The notes: a model not told the origin generated them from the sequence alone. A DNA stretch of 63,028 nucleotides, filler included, from Stramenopiles sp. TOSAG23-2 (GCA_900128395.1; 10 parts of 10 records of this genome joined end to end with filler, not necessarily neighbours in it), one strand, 5' to 3'. Counted from the whole stretch's first letter, positions 1 through 13,653 are shown. Made by a program: numbers and translations.

Positions 1-411
1 TTTGAATACTAAATAATTTACTTAAACTTTATAAATCATTTTTGATTTGGGATGTTAATGAATGGGGGGTAAAAGAAATTTATATATCATAATATATGAG
101 TAAGAGAACATTTTATATATGAGTTTAAGAGAAAATTATATATATATTATATAAATAAAATATATTTTTATATAAAATGTTCTCTTACTCATATACTCGT
201 ATGATATATATTATATATGCATATATATTTAAAAATGAGTATCATATCATATGCATATATGATATGATAAGAGAAATTGCATTTTAAATATGTACTATGA
301 TACATATATGAAGATTTATAGCGGCATTTCGCCGCTATGTATGTTGGATAACAATAGTTTACTTTTTCATCTTCCTCCTCCTCCTTCTCCTTCGTATTAT
401 TATCACTATTA

Positions 412-548
412 CTACGTACCTGTTGATTTCGTTGTTGCATCCTCCTCATCATCGCCATCTTCTTCAGGGGCAACTGCATCACCTGCTTCAATTTCTTCTT
501 TTTTTAATTTTTTTTCTGTATCTAATTCTTCTTTTTTCATTTTATTGA
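412..548 (-). CDS. Possible short acidic coding segment or exon (MKKEELDTEKKLKKEEIEAGDAVAPEEDGDDEEDATTKSTG)
   Basis: Coding-like acidic peptide on the minus strand. The + ORF 290..616 reads as its antisense shadow. It is preceded by a ttttttAG acceptor-like site and ends at GGTACGTAG (stop or donor). No other exons were identified. Confidence 0.3.
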
Positions 549-1225
549 CTAAAAAAGATGTTATGAAATACAATCAATTGGAAAGTTCACATAATATAGA
601 TTTGCTAGAAGGTTAGATTATGATACTCAAATACAAATAGAGACATTATACACAGCATGGAAGCATTTACTACAAGGAGATTGATAGGCACAAGTACAAA
701 AATGAAGGAATTTACGGCTGTCAGCCGTAAATTTATTTATTAGAGGGATATATTTTTATTTTTTAGGTGTCGGTCTCACGATATTATACGTACTTGTTAG
801 TATATATATAATGATAGTCAAGATGATTCTTAGAAAAAAACCTAATGCAAATCAAAGAAGTCAAAAAAAAAAATTGAAAATAATAATATGGGGGGATTAT
901 TTTAAAAATAATGTATACAGAGTTTATTAATATATATTTATATGCAGCGACAGAAAGTATAGATGTATATATGTATTTAATACATATATACATATATATA
1001 ACCATCGTTTAATTATAGTAATATAGAACAAGTTTTTTATTTGTGATACGAATATTAATTTGCGTATAATTGTATATTATTTTCATTTTGTAAATATATA
1101 ATACAATATTTTTTTTGTAGCAATATTTAAATTATTATTATTGTTATTGGAAATTATTTTGTCTTTTTTCTGTTTAATATATATATATATATATTATCGT
1201 TTATTTTTTTTGTAAATACGTTATC

Positions 1226-3158
1226 ATGATACTTTTGATGAAATATAGTGTATTTATAAAATGTTTTATCTTTCTTAGCTTGTTGTTAAGTAGTCCTATA
1301 TTGGTTGTCTCTACATCGTCTTTACGACATCGTAATAAAGTGAACCAAAAAATAAAAGGAAATTGTGATTGCGAAACACCTCTTGTAAATCTAGCTTTGG
1401 CTAATCATGCACGCGAAAGTTTGAAGTTAAAACAAAAAGAAAGAAACGATGTCGACTCTATGCCTAATATGGGTCTATTGCAACCTTTAAATTTTCTTGA
1501 AATGAGTTGCGATGAACGTTGCGAATTGCAGAAAAAAGAAGCTGAAAAGAATGGTAACAGTTTTTTAGCTGCCGAAGGTTCTGCAACGAATGATAATACC
1601 GCTGAGAAAAATGCTGTAGATGCTCCTGCAAAAATAGAAAACGAAAAGAAGGATGATAACTCGGCAGAAACAGTTGTAACAACCACCGCAAACCCTGGTT
1701 TGGTCGAAAAGGCAGTCAATAAATTAAAAGCCTATGCTGGTTTAACGGGGCGAGACAGATCCGCGTTAAAAGGCAACCCAGTTAGTGGCAGTGATTTCAA
1801 TCTTGATATGTTGTCAAAAGCTAGCTTTGCTGCACATGCCGCATATGAAATACGAAGTATACCTCCTGGTTTAAAGCTATTATCAGGAGGAACAATTACA
1901 GTAGATTACCCAGATGAATTAAGGTAAGTTTTTATTTACAAACATTTTTGGTCTTAGTCTGCGTCGTCAGACTCTTTCTCGTTTCTCGTATTTTGGTCTT
2001 AATATAAATAGCGAGTATATTCCTCCCTATAATATTTGGGCTTATGCCTCTTCTCTCAAAATATTCTTAATATATGTATTATATATTTTAAAATATTTTT
2101 TCACTAACCACACAATTAATCATACTAATATCCTTGCAACTTATAATTTAATGTTGTTTATCTATTACAGAAAAGGATTCGTAACAATGGAATCCACAGC
2201 GCATGTAAAAATTTTTAAGGATTCAAACGAGTTTTGCTATGTAGGGTATAGGGGAACTGTCAAGCTTCATGATTGGATGGTAAACTTGTCTGTGAATGGT
2301 GAAACTATAAAGCGTGTTGTTCTTGGTGGATTGGCAGGTGGTATTGCTGGTGGAGTGGTCGGTGGTATAGCAGGCACAATAGCTGCAGGGACAAATAGTA
2401 AAACATTGGAAGGTGGTCGATCAGATACAGGCCAATGTGTACATCAAGGATTTTATGACCACATGAAAGTGAGTTACGAACGAGTCTATAAGGTATTGAA
2501 AGATAACGGCTGTGAACCAGCCCAGATAGTCATTTCTGGACATTCGTTGGGAGGAGCAGTTGCAACGATCGCAGCAGCTGAAGGTATGGGAAATTATTTG
2601 TATACACTTGGCGCTCCAAGAGTATTTTGCGAAACATGTCCTTCGAAACTAAATAATGTGGATTCACATCGGTTTGTAAATGGTGAAATATTAATAGATG
2701 AAGAAGATGATGATGATTATAAGGAAATATATGACGTTGTCCCTCAGACTCCTTTGGTTCACCAAAAATTTACTCATTGTTCAACAAAATCGTATCGGCT
2801 GTTGGAAACTGTGACAAAGAAGAAAGCACCCGAAACTGACAAGAAACCTTCGCGAAGAAGAAGGAGGAGCAAACCAAGGCCAACAACTACTGAATTTACA
2901 GCAAACGAAATTGCTGCAAATAAGCCTGAAATGAAAGCTGGTGTTATAGTCTCTCGAATAACAGACGACATCGGTGGTTTCCTTGCTATACATGATGTCA
3001 ATCAATATATAGAAGCTTTATGTAAAGTGATTGAAGCTCCATTAATGTCATCTGAATATTGCAAAGCATTAAATGTTAAAATGGATAAAGATACAATTCC
3101 ATTTGAAGAGAAACTTGGAAAAGGGAATGGCAGTAGCAGTGTTGATGATGATGAATGA
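1226..3158 (+). CDS. Secreted class 3 lipase (Lipase_3), two exons 1226-1923 and 2171-3158
   Basis: N-terminal signal-peptide-like hydrophobic stretch. Intron 1924-2170 (AG|GTAAGT...cactaac...tattacAG) joins the two ORFs in frame. Motifs YVGYRGT, VHQGF, GHSLGGAVA (nucleophile elbow), YTLGAPRV, DVVP and a C-terminal His. Confidence 0.88.
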
Positions 3159-4343
3159 TGTTGTTACGACCAGGAATAGCTGCCAATAGTAAAAAAAGAC
3201 TAAAATATAATATACTCTTTATATTATAAGTAAAAGTTTAAAATCTTTTTACAAATAGAAATATTTTTTCTCTTGTGTTCCTCTCTCTCAAAAATAAATG
3301 CACCCTCTCTCTTCTCACATCTCGTGTTTTTTATATAAATTTTATAATATTATTTTTTTACTCGTATCATATTAATTTAAAATAAAATAACAACTTCCGT
3401 GCGAACATTGCCCTCTTATCATCCATCAGTGCTATCCTATCCGCCTTTTTGATATATGACCTACGAGCACTTGCGAAGAGTTTGGGCTTATACGATTCAT
3501 GATTAAAAAAAATTTACGAATAAATTGAAAAAAAAAACAAAAAATATTTCTGCTTCCCCTGTCGGTGGATTTTATTTTTAATTTATAATATAAATAAATA
3601 AAATATAACATGTCATACGCGTGTAATTTTAATTTTTTGCGATAGTAAGTATTTCTATACCCATGACAATTCCTCTAGACAGGGAGGGTTAGGCTCTAGA
3701 TCATACTCTCTCAAAAGAATTATTTTAAAAATTAAATACGTTCGTTTATAAAATAAAGTAATTTATTTTATTACCATGCATTGGCAATTTTTAATTGCTT
3801 TCTCACATCCACCAATAGATTCCATTATGGCATTGTTGTTTTAGTTGTCATATAGCCCCCATACCCAATGGGCACAGTACACACACACACGCTTTTGGTA
3901 CGGCAACTTTTGCTGACATGGACTGCAAAACCAATCGCCAGCCGGAAATTGCTGTACCACCCCATAACAAGCTTGGTGAACTGCAACTGATATATTATTT
4001 CAATTATATACAATGTTAATACTTGCTTGTAATACTCGGCCTATTTGATTTATTACGTGAAAACAAATATCATGAAGTGCGTCATGAAATTAATCGCAAC
4101 AATAAACCTCAAAGTATACCAATAGTACTGCAAGAAATGCCAAGTTTCAATAATGTGAGTTTGCCAGTGGTAAAACCAACAGCATTTAATGATAATGTCA
4201 TTCAAGTAGAAGAACTGTTGAAAGGCTTGCTATTAATAATAACTATTAATAATACCTATTATTATTAATAATACCTGGCCAGCTGGCTGCCTGGCTGCAG
4301 GGTGGCACTTTTCTAAAATGGAGTTATGAGTTTTCATGACATT

Positions 4344-4491
4344 TTTTATTTATAAAAAATGAAATCACAAAATCCTTTTTTGAAATTCATTTACATACAA
4401 ATATCCGATTATTATTTTGTGAAATGGCATATCTATCTAGTAATTTATTTATAAAAAATGAAATCACAAAATCCTTTTTTGAAATTCATTT
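4344..4491. repeat. Direct repeat of about 48 bp, two copies (tttatttataaaaaatgaaatcacaaaatccttttttgaaattcattt)
   Basis: Copies at about 4344-4392 and 4444-4491, read directly from the sequence. Confidence 0.85.
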
Positions 4492-4798
4492 TTTGATAAA
4501 ATTTCGTTCCCATCCTTGCCAGTACAAACTACAAACATGGTATGATATAGGTGGAGGTAAAATAGTATATAGTTAAGCGTACTTAGTTTTTATATTTTTT
4601 TAAATTATATGCCTAATGAAAACATATTACTATTTTAAATAAACTCAGCTAAAGTCGTGCTCTTTTTTGTAACTTTAATTTGGAAGCGTTATTTTACTTT
4701 TTTTGTGAACCATGTGCGTAAATATTAAATAATAATGAATATTGATATGATTAGTATGCATATCATATTTAATGAAAGATACGGTTCGTAATTAAAAT

Positions 4799-6777
4799 TT
4801 AAATTTCAGGAACGATTCCTCTACCTTGAAATACAATTTGCCCAAATACATTTACAAGTGAAAAAATATCATTACTAAAAGGTAATAAACCGCTTCCAAG
4901 TATTTCTTTTGAAGTGACAGCTGCAATATCATAATCTTTCATGTCATTTAATCGCTGTTCTGTATTACATTTAAAATATTCTTCGATTGCATTTGATATG
5001 TAATTGTATGAATTGAAATTGGCGTCATTATTTCTTAAATATGCTGGTAATGGTGGTGCTAAACATGGTAATGTGTCAAAATCAACTTTTGGTTGTAATG
5101 TTTCAATAAACTTAGTATGCATTGGTTCGCACATCATATATCCCATATCATCATTGTTGCTATTCACATCACAATAAAAACAATGAATTAATCCATATGA
5201 TATCCCACAAAAAAAAAGAACGGAAAATATATATACCATCATGTACATGGTTTCTATCGAAATATTATGGTGTGATAATAATTCAAATAATTCCATGCAA
5301 CTATTATTGATTTCATCCATTTGAATATTTATTCCTTGATATGTATCAAATACTAACTCAATGGAAACTTCTTGCATATTGTCAATCGTATCATATATAT
5401 ATGGTATGACTTTCTCTTCAATTGATGGATATATTCTATTTGAATAAACATCTTGCATATTTTGAACTAAATGCTGAAAATCAGTACATGGTGATGGTAC
5501 ATTCTCATCATCACCACTACCATTATCATTTTTTTCCTGATGTTGTTGGATACCATTTATGCTAAGATCTTCAATCATTTCTGTATTATAAACAATTGGT
5601 ACGCTACTATTCGTGGTATCATCTTTATCTATGGGTTGTTGCTCTATGTTTTTAGTGCTTTTCTTCCTATGGCTATTAGATCTTCTTTTTCTTCTGCTTC
5701 TATTTTTGTCATTAGAACCCAGATTGTTTCTTGCATTGGTATTATCATGTAATGGCGAAAAAATCTCTGAAATATTCAAATTCAATACATTTTGAAAAGT
5801 TGATGCCGTACTAGCATTTAATCCATTATTATTGTTTTCGTCGTTTTCAATATTATTACTATAATTTAAATCCACATTTTCCATTTCCGGAACTACTTCA
5901 TTTTCCATTTCCGGAACTACTTCATTTTCTATTACAATATTATTTTGATTTTCATCATTATTATTTGTTTGAATAATACTATCACGACTAAAATCTACAG
6001 ATTGATCCATTTGACCATCCTCTTCCTCTATATTACTCATATTATTCATCATAAAATACTCATCATCGAAATCAAGTCTACCACCATGAAATTCTTCATC
6101 GTTACCTGTTGTATTACTATTCTCACTACCATGATTATTTTGATAACGAAATCCAATAGAACCAGGTGTCATCGATACACGTCTGGCTAATGTCAATCTT
6201 CTATTACTGTTATTGTTACTGCTATATCGTCCCCTAGCGCCACTACCAAACGTATTTTTATTTACGGATGATGGTGATCCAAGCATTGGTTTGTTTCGTA
6301 CTGTCAGTGGTGCGGCCATTCTTCTTAAAGCTTGTTTCGATGATGATCCAACTGGTATTCTTCCATCATTGTTTCCATTTGCCACATCGTGGTTGATTCC
6401 AGCAAAATTATGTGCTAAACTATAATCATATTCAGGTGTTAGAAATCTAAAAACACTTGCACCTACTTTGATAATATCGTTATTTTTTAAAGGGAAATAG
6501 GCATGTATTGGCACTTTTTTCCCATTTACTTTACATCCATTTGTACTATCTAAATCTTTTAATTGCCATTCAATACTTCCATCGTATACATTTATTTTAC
6601 GTTCCAAAATGCAATGTTTCGAAGAAACTTCTTGATCAGTAAACAATTCAACAGCGCCATGCAACGATGTAAGTGCAGATGCAGATGCATGTTGCACATC
6701 CATCGATGCGCGCCCGATGCTAATCAACATCGTATCTTTCGTGATATTTGTTTCGAAACCTCTGTGAGGACCTGAAT
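4799..6777 (-). CDS. FHA-domain protein with Asn-rich linker and one predicted TM helix (5' truncated)
   Basis: FHA motifs IGR, SSKHC, LKDLDSTNG and LKNNDIIKVG. Hydrophobic segment YMMVYIFSVLFFCGISYGLI. The frame stays open to the contig end. Confidence 0.8.
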
Positions 6778-6877
6778 NNNNNNNNNNNNNNNNNNNNNNN
6801 NNNNNNNNNNNNNNNNNNNNNTTAATTAATTAANNNNNNNNNNNNNNNNNNNNNNNNNNNNNNNNNNNNNNNNNNNN
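6778..6877. other. Artificial contig linker (44 N + TTAATTAATTAA + 44 N)
   Basis: Six-frame-stop spacer, identical at all nine junctions. Confidence 0.99.
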
Positions 6878-7273
6878 CTAATACTCTACAAGCACAGGTA
6901 GGTTTCTATCCTTCCAACATGTTCGAACGTTGAACGCGTTGGACGCCGGGCTCATTCGACAACGGTGAGGTTGTCAAAGTGAAAGATCCTGTTGTGAACA
7001 ACAACCGGTAACTATCCGGATAAAGATCTTGAAGTGCACGGTTGTGGCAAAAATATATATATAAATAACACTTTATATATTATCTAGATTTTAAACCATC
7101 AATATATTTATACGTCGTACGCATTATCATATGCATACATGTTTATACGAACGTACAATATCATATCATATGTATGCATATGATACTATATATACATATA
7201 TATTCATATATATGCATATGATATGATATATATATATACATGTATTAATTAAATATATATGTATATGGGCATT

Positions 7274-10200
7274 TTATGTCTGCAAAGGTTCATTTTGTGG
7301 CGCAAAGGCAACGCGATAGCGGGGCAAATCAGTGTAATAATGCGATCGTAGAACATCAAAATTTGCGTTCCCTTGATGGTTTAAGTGTAGATATATTCTA
7401 CCAGTCAATTGATCGCTGCGCGTGATACTGCGAGTCAACCATTCGCTCATCGATGCCCGGTGCAACTCAGCTGCAGCACGATGAAATACGAGCAACGATT
7501 TTTCTCGTGTATTTGGAACGATCAATGGCACCATATTTTCGCAAGGGTAATCTTTAGCACGGTCAATAATTACAATGCCATTTTCTTCATGCTTCCCTTC
7601 CATTATAGCAAACAGTAACCGTGGTCGTGACGGATGCTTTGTATCATAATATATAGTAAAAAAAGCTCTCAAGACGTTTGACACCATCGTAAGATGTGTA
7701 TTAAACTTTTCAGGGCGCAAGAGTAGTAATTCAAAGTACCTAGATCCTACATTTTTCGGATTTGATATGGTCTCGAGAAGTCTACTTTTTTCTGCTGGAT
7801 TTGCAGGCAAAGCGGCATTAGAGACTTCGGCATCGTGTTCCCAGTTTTTCATCGCCACATCGTCGCTTTGAAAGAAAAAATATTCTTTTCCTTCATACGG
7901 CATCATGCTTAAATAATCTTCCAGATGTAACAATACTTCTTCAAACGTTAATTTTCTCATTTCATTTCCTCTGATTTTTTCAAGCGTGTCCATTGCCAAA
8001 AAAAACTCACCAAGGTCACCACCCGGTGCACCCATGATACCATAACGCGCACGCCCATCAAAATCAGAAAAGAAATGTTTACTAATTACTCTGAATGGAA
8101 CCGTCCTAGGATTTAGTAATTTTCCCGATGAAGTTATTACTGGCAACAAGGCGTTTTGAAAATCACCCACACCACCTCCAATGCTACCAATAATAGACAG
8201 GATTTCATCTGCATTCGATATTGCCCTTTCGTAATCATCAGGAGATGCATTATTCATCCCTGGGCCATCTGCGCGGACGGTCATTGCAGTCACCGGGCAT
8301 ATGTAACGATTTGACAGATCAATTTTATTATTTAGATTAACTTTGTTTTTAATATCACTTGGAACATGACAAATTGTACAGCTTTCTCCACCATTTACTT
8401 TATGCTTACAATTTCTACAGCAACAAGGATGTGACATTACTACATTTTTTAACTTATTGTTTTGTGGAAAAATACGAACTTGCGGAGTTGAACTTTCACC
8501 TTGTACGCTACTGCTACTTCGTGCACTACTGCCATTATTTATCTTCCTCATGTCTTTGTTCATATCTTTTGTATCAGTGATATCTTTCTTCATGACTTTT
8601 GTATTGAAGATGTCTTTGTTCATATTCTTGGGTGTACTAGAATAATTGTTGGTGGATGGAACCAGCACGGTTTCCTCACGAAATCTCAAAGTTTTATGAG
8701 CTTTACCATTATATGCTTTTGTTACCTTTTTCTTTTCGTTCTTTAGTGTTGCCCCAACGCCTTTAACAATGGTGTTGCTGTTAATATCTTCTTTCAGTTT
8801 TTGAGCGTCCTTCAAGCTATTAATAATGTTTGATTGTTTTAGTGTTGCACCCTTCAGCTTTTTGAAAACTTTACCTATTGCCTTTCTTGAAGTTGCATTT
8901 TTAGCGAAATTTGAAATAGCTTTTTTTCCCTCAAAAGGCAAAGGCGCGGCCTTAGGTGTATCTGATTGCGCAATTGCAGTTATGTCGATTTTTTCTTTGT
9001 CAGATTTGCAAGGATCTGGGGATGGCAAAGTAAAAAACCCAGTTATTCCAGCCATTTTTTTGTCGTTCAATGATAACATTTCACCTGGATTCCTGTGATT
9101 CCTTTTACATAAGTTATATTCTTCAGAATCTTTGCTAATCACCTTGAATGACAACGTATGTTTTTCTGAGTCAGATGGCAAAAATGATTTACTAAATGCA
9201 CGAGCGTCACAAAAACGTACACATTCCGCATTACACGAATCGCCATCTTCATTACTACTTGCTAAAACAATGTGCCACGCGTGTTGCCAGTGTTTTTTTT
9301 CTTCGCTTTCCGTATACATGTACTCGTCTAAAGTATTGCTTGGTGAATTAACACACGGTCGTATGGACTCAGGTTTTTCCATATTCTCACAATGTGTTTC
9401 AGGGACTTGTCTCAAATCAACTTTCGATATGCATTCAACAATTCGCTTTTGTTCAGATGGACAACCTTGACAACGACCCCATTTAGCCTCTAAATCGGTG
9501 TGGATTGTACAATCTCGACATTGACTCAATGTGCGAGCGAAAGTTTCGTGCCTGGAACCTAAAATGGACGAAATGTTGTTAACATTGTAGCAACCGCGAT
9601 ATTGTCCATATGGGTTCCAAACGCATTCACTAGTCGTGCATTTCACACATGATCGGCATGTGTGGTATGGGCAAGATTGATTGCGAATTGGCTCAAACGA
9701 ACGAACTCTCCACTCGTATCCCTTACATATAATATTTTGAAAGTTGTGATGCAAGGAGGGTTTGCGGCTGCTACTCATACCCTTTAAATGGATATTTCGA
9801 ATTGTCGACATGCCAAAATGGCGATCGTTTGGAGAACGAGGGATCCATTCATTATCAGACGTCCAGGATCCAGGCAATAAATTGTGATTTATACTTTCTG
9901 ATAGAACTACCTCAAATCGCACCCCACCACCAGTTGTTTTGCTACCTTCATCATTTTTTTTGATGTTTTTTGACTTTCTTGAAAATACTGAAAGTATCTT
10001 TTTCCATGGTTTATTTCCCCTTAAGCTTAATCCAGCCTTTTTCGCGTCATATATTTGTGTTTTGCTTGCGAAACCATTCGCATTTTCTTCCAACAAATTC
10101 ATCTGCAAAAGTGCATTTCTATGTTTCCTATAAATTTCCGAAACATGTTTGAACGTTTCAATTGCCTGCTGCATTAGATTCCCGTAGCCTTCTAACAATG

Positions 10201-13200
10201 CTGACAGCTCTTTGGTAATTTCCTTGCTTCTATCTGCTTTATCACGTTCGTCAATTGAGGATGACTTGTACAAAACATAGGCAAGACGCCATAATTGGGC
10301 ATCGTTACGTAATTCTTTTCTAGCTTTCAAGAAAAAATCTACACCAGTTTCGGTAGACATTAATACATCCATCAAAATCGTTGCTTGTTTACCTTCAGCT
10401 TCCATTTGATTCAGCAATCCTTTAAAAAAATGATCGTTTGTCCGTTCTATTAATATTCTTCGTTGCTGGTCGTTACCTTGTTGATACATACTGATAAGTT
10501 TATCATACTTTTTTGGATAATCAGTTTTGACCCTGGCAACTTTGTTTAAAATTTTGTTTATAGGAGTTTCCGGAAAGTCCGTCAAACAGTCCTTGTGAAT
10601 GCAAGTGCTCCATTCGGAAACATCCCATTTTGCATCAGTATATTTGGCATGACATCCGTTATTTGCGATCCCACATAAATTGGATAAGTTCAATTGCGGA
10701 AATCCTTGATTGGTATTGTAGTGTCGAGAGTAAGTGAAATCATTTTCCTTTGTATCTAAGTGAATATGCTGATTTGTAACAATAGGAGGTTCACGAGCCA
10801 TCTCCATGAAACTTACGATGCCCAACTTTGGAAACTTAATCATCTTTTTGATTGAAGAGGATATGCTCGACACTTTTCCTGAAGTATTTGGATTCTCGCA
10901 CTGAGACGTGTCATTCAATGTAGTCCAAACTTGATAAGCATTCTCGATTTCACAAATGGGATCAGTCATTGCAATTTTCTTATCCGAGCATAACTCTTTG
11001 ATCCTCCACCGCTTGCAGGGTTTTTGTTTTACACAATTTCTTATGTACTGTGGCTTTTGGACTTCGGTACAATATGCATCCGGCACTATGATTTTTTCTT
11101 TCGAACTTTTTTTCACGTAACAATGGATTGCTCTTATTTGAACGCCTGGATCATCTTTTGGCCCACACGGCTTTTTACACATGTCATTAACATTAAAATC
11201 ATCAGAGAAAAGTATCTGTAGCTGGTTTCTCATTTCGCCCAAAGTTTTACCAAAATAAGCACCTGGAGTCTTTTTGACGACATTTTTAATTCTTTGTATC
11301 GGCAACTGTTTCTCTACTTTGTTGGTAATATCTGATATATATTGCCTAAGTTCTTCTTCCAGACTTTCTTTTCCATGAAATAATGCATGTAATTCAGACA
11401 TAGCCTCAAAAGTAGATTCTTCATGGTTTTCCTCAACAAATTTCGAAATGGTTATGACAAATCGACTTACAACATTATTGAAATCTGATAAAGAGCTTCC
11501 CGACATAGATTTTTTCATAATCTTAATTATTTCCATAAATCCACGATCGCTTACCGCTCGTAAAAAGTGCAAAGAACAGATATTATTCATATTTTCTAAC
11601 GAAAAAACCACACTCGTAAAACGTTTATTTTGATTCCCAAAAATGCCATTGATCTTTTGATAAAATATTGAATGTTGATTTGTTTTAATTTCATCGAAAT
11701 TCTCAAACCGTTGCGTAATTAATTTTACGTAGGCATCGAAACCAATGGGATTTTCTAAGAATAATATGTACGTCAGCGATACAAGAGATTGAATGTACTG
11801 TAAATTTTTTCTTGAATGACTGTTGCTTGATGAAAAGCAGACACTGCTTTCAGAGGAGGAATAGTAACCCGAGCTGACACTTGCGTTTGACATTCCTTCC
11901 TCTAAATCAGATTGGCAATTTTTGCTACTTTCAGACTTTTTCCAAACTTCTTTCACAGAATCAAATTGTTCACAAAAAATAGTTCCAATACAAGTATTGG
12001 CATCGCATCCAGCTGACCATCGATAGCAACCATTGGCTTGTTCCCCCTTTTCTCCACCTTTTGGGCATACAGTGGTGACCACAGGAATACTATCATTTTG
12101 TTCTTTACACAAATCGTAATTATAGATCGATATGCTTTCTTTTGTTTTATCATTTATTTGCAAACATTGTAAAGTGCGATGTTTATGTGAATGTTGCACA
12201 ATACCCGCTATAGGATCACAAATCGTGCAGGGACTCCAATCCGTAGTTGTCCATACATACCGTGAAGAATTGACTGGAAATATACACATTTTCGCTTCAC
12301 GTTGTGACGGCCGTCCGTTATCTTTTAATGTTCGATCATACTTGAATATATGCCAATCAGATGGATGCCCTGTGTTGGCAACATCATCTAAAATTCCCTC
12401 TGAAATATATTGTCCTGTGACTTGAACACTTTTATCACTTTGCATGCCAATGATATCAGCATTATCGTCAGCCAATTTGTCACAGACACTCTCATTTTGT
12501 GCAATCCATGGAAGATTTCCGGTAGATGTTTGGCATTCGGTTTCCACAGCAGTATTTTGTCCATCACAAATGGCTTTTGCTCGCCATCTTGAGCATTGGC
12601 AACTTTTTCGAAGTAAGGGCGCATCTTTAGCATTACCCCCACAGGCATTGTCACGATCATTCCCATCAATTTCTGTCTTAATATTTAAATTCTTATCAAC
12701 TCTAATACATGCGATTTTTCTTGTCTGAAAGGCATGTGGTGTGCAACATGGTGTCCATGGAGAAGTTTCCCAATAGTATTCGTAGTCCGGCTTTCCACAA
12801 ATTTTTTGGGAATCTCCATTTGGGAAATAAGATCTTGGCTCACAACTAGCAACATCAAAAATTTCTGTAGTTCCCCATTTTTCATCTTGCCCCCCTTCCT
12901 GTGGGTTGGGATATGCATGATGGGTGTATATATTTTTTGGTTTACATTTAGACACGAGGCAGGACTTTTGGTCACGAGCTTTGGTCCAATTATTTTTTAT
13001 CAATTCTTCCTCGCAAATATTTGCCAATAACACTTTTCCACGTTTACATACTTCATGAGTTTTCCATCTCACACACGGACTATTAATCTTGTCTTTGGTA
13101 CATTCCCCTTCAATTGCTGGTTTCACCATAGCAGGATCAGAAGATAAGCATTTCAAATCACTGACAATTTCTCGACTAGTTTTTGTTCCATCTTTACATT

Positions 13201-13653
13201 CGGCAACGCAAACAACTGTTCGTTTTTTCTTTCTACCTTCATTTGGAGGCCCACATTTAGTTTCATTACAGCCAGACCAGTCTGAGGTATTGAATTTGTA
13301 TTCACATGTAGATTTGCACTTATTAGTTTTTTGACACGAAAATGTTGGTTTGCATCCTGCTACGTTTCTAAATATTTGGTCACCCAGTTTATTTATTTTC
13401 TGTTCCACAGAATTACATTTAAAAACATTTGGGCTAAACTTAGTTGCAATGTGCATTTGATTTTTTAAAAGTCTCTCAGAAGCCTGTATTTCCAGAAACG
13501 TAGAAGATGGTGGTGAGTTTTTCTGAATTTCTTCATATGGACAATGTTCAGTACATTTCTTTTCATCGACTTTTATCCAATTGCTTTTGCTAGCTTGCTC
13601 CTCGCAAATTGCATACATTTTTGACTCATCATTTTCACAATAAGATCGGAAGG
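7274..13653 (-). CDS. Very large Cys-rich protein with ADAMTS-type TSP1 repeats, a PSI-like module and a C-terminal degenerate carbonic-anhydrase-like domain (5' truncated)
   Basis: ORF of more than 2114 aa, open to the contig end. Repeated WxTSxWSxC...RxVxC motifs. PSI-like CPYHTCRSCVKCTTSECVW. C-terminal FSDFDGRARYGIMGAPGGDLGEFFLAM. Confidence 0.8.

Noticed and set aside
3375-3500. Coding-like minus-strand stretch (ESYKPKLFASARRSYIKKADRIALMDDKRAMFARK)
   Set aside because: Short, with no start or splice context and no recognisable homology.
4023-4268. 81-aa TTG-start ORF
   Set aside because: No ATG at its start and no motif. It could be a remnant but cannot be supported.
5873-5929. 24-bp tandem duplication
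   Set aside because: In-frame EVVPEMEN duplication within a disordered linker, which is ordinary slippage.
6822-6833. TTAATTAATTAA recurring every ~6.8 kb
   Set aside because: Artificial six-frame-stop linker inside N runs. It is not a biological repeat, and adjacency across linkers is meaningless.
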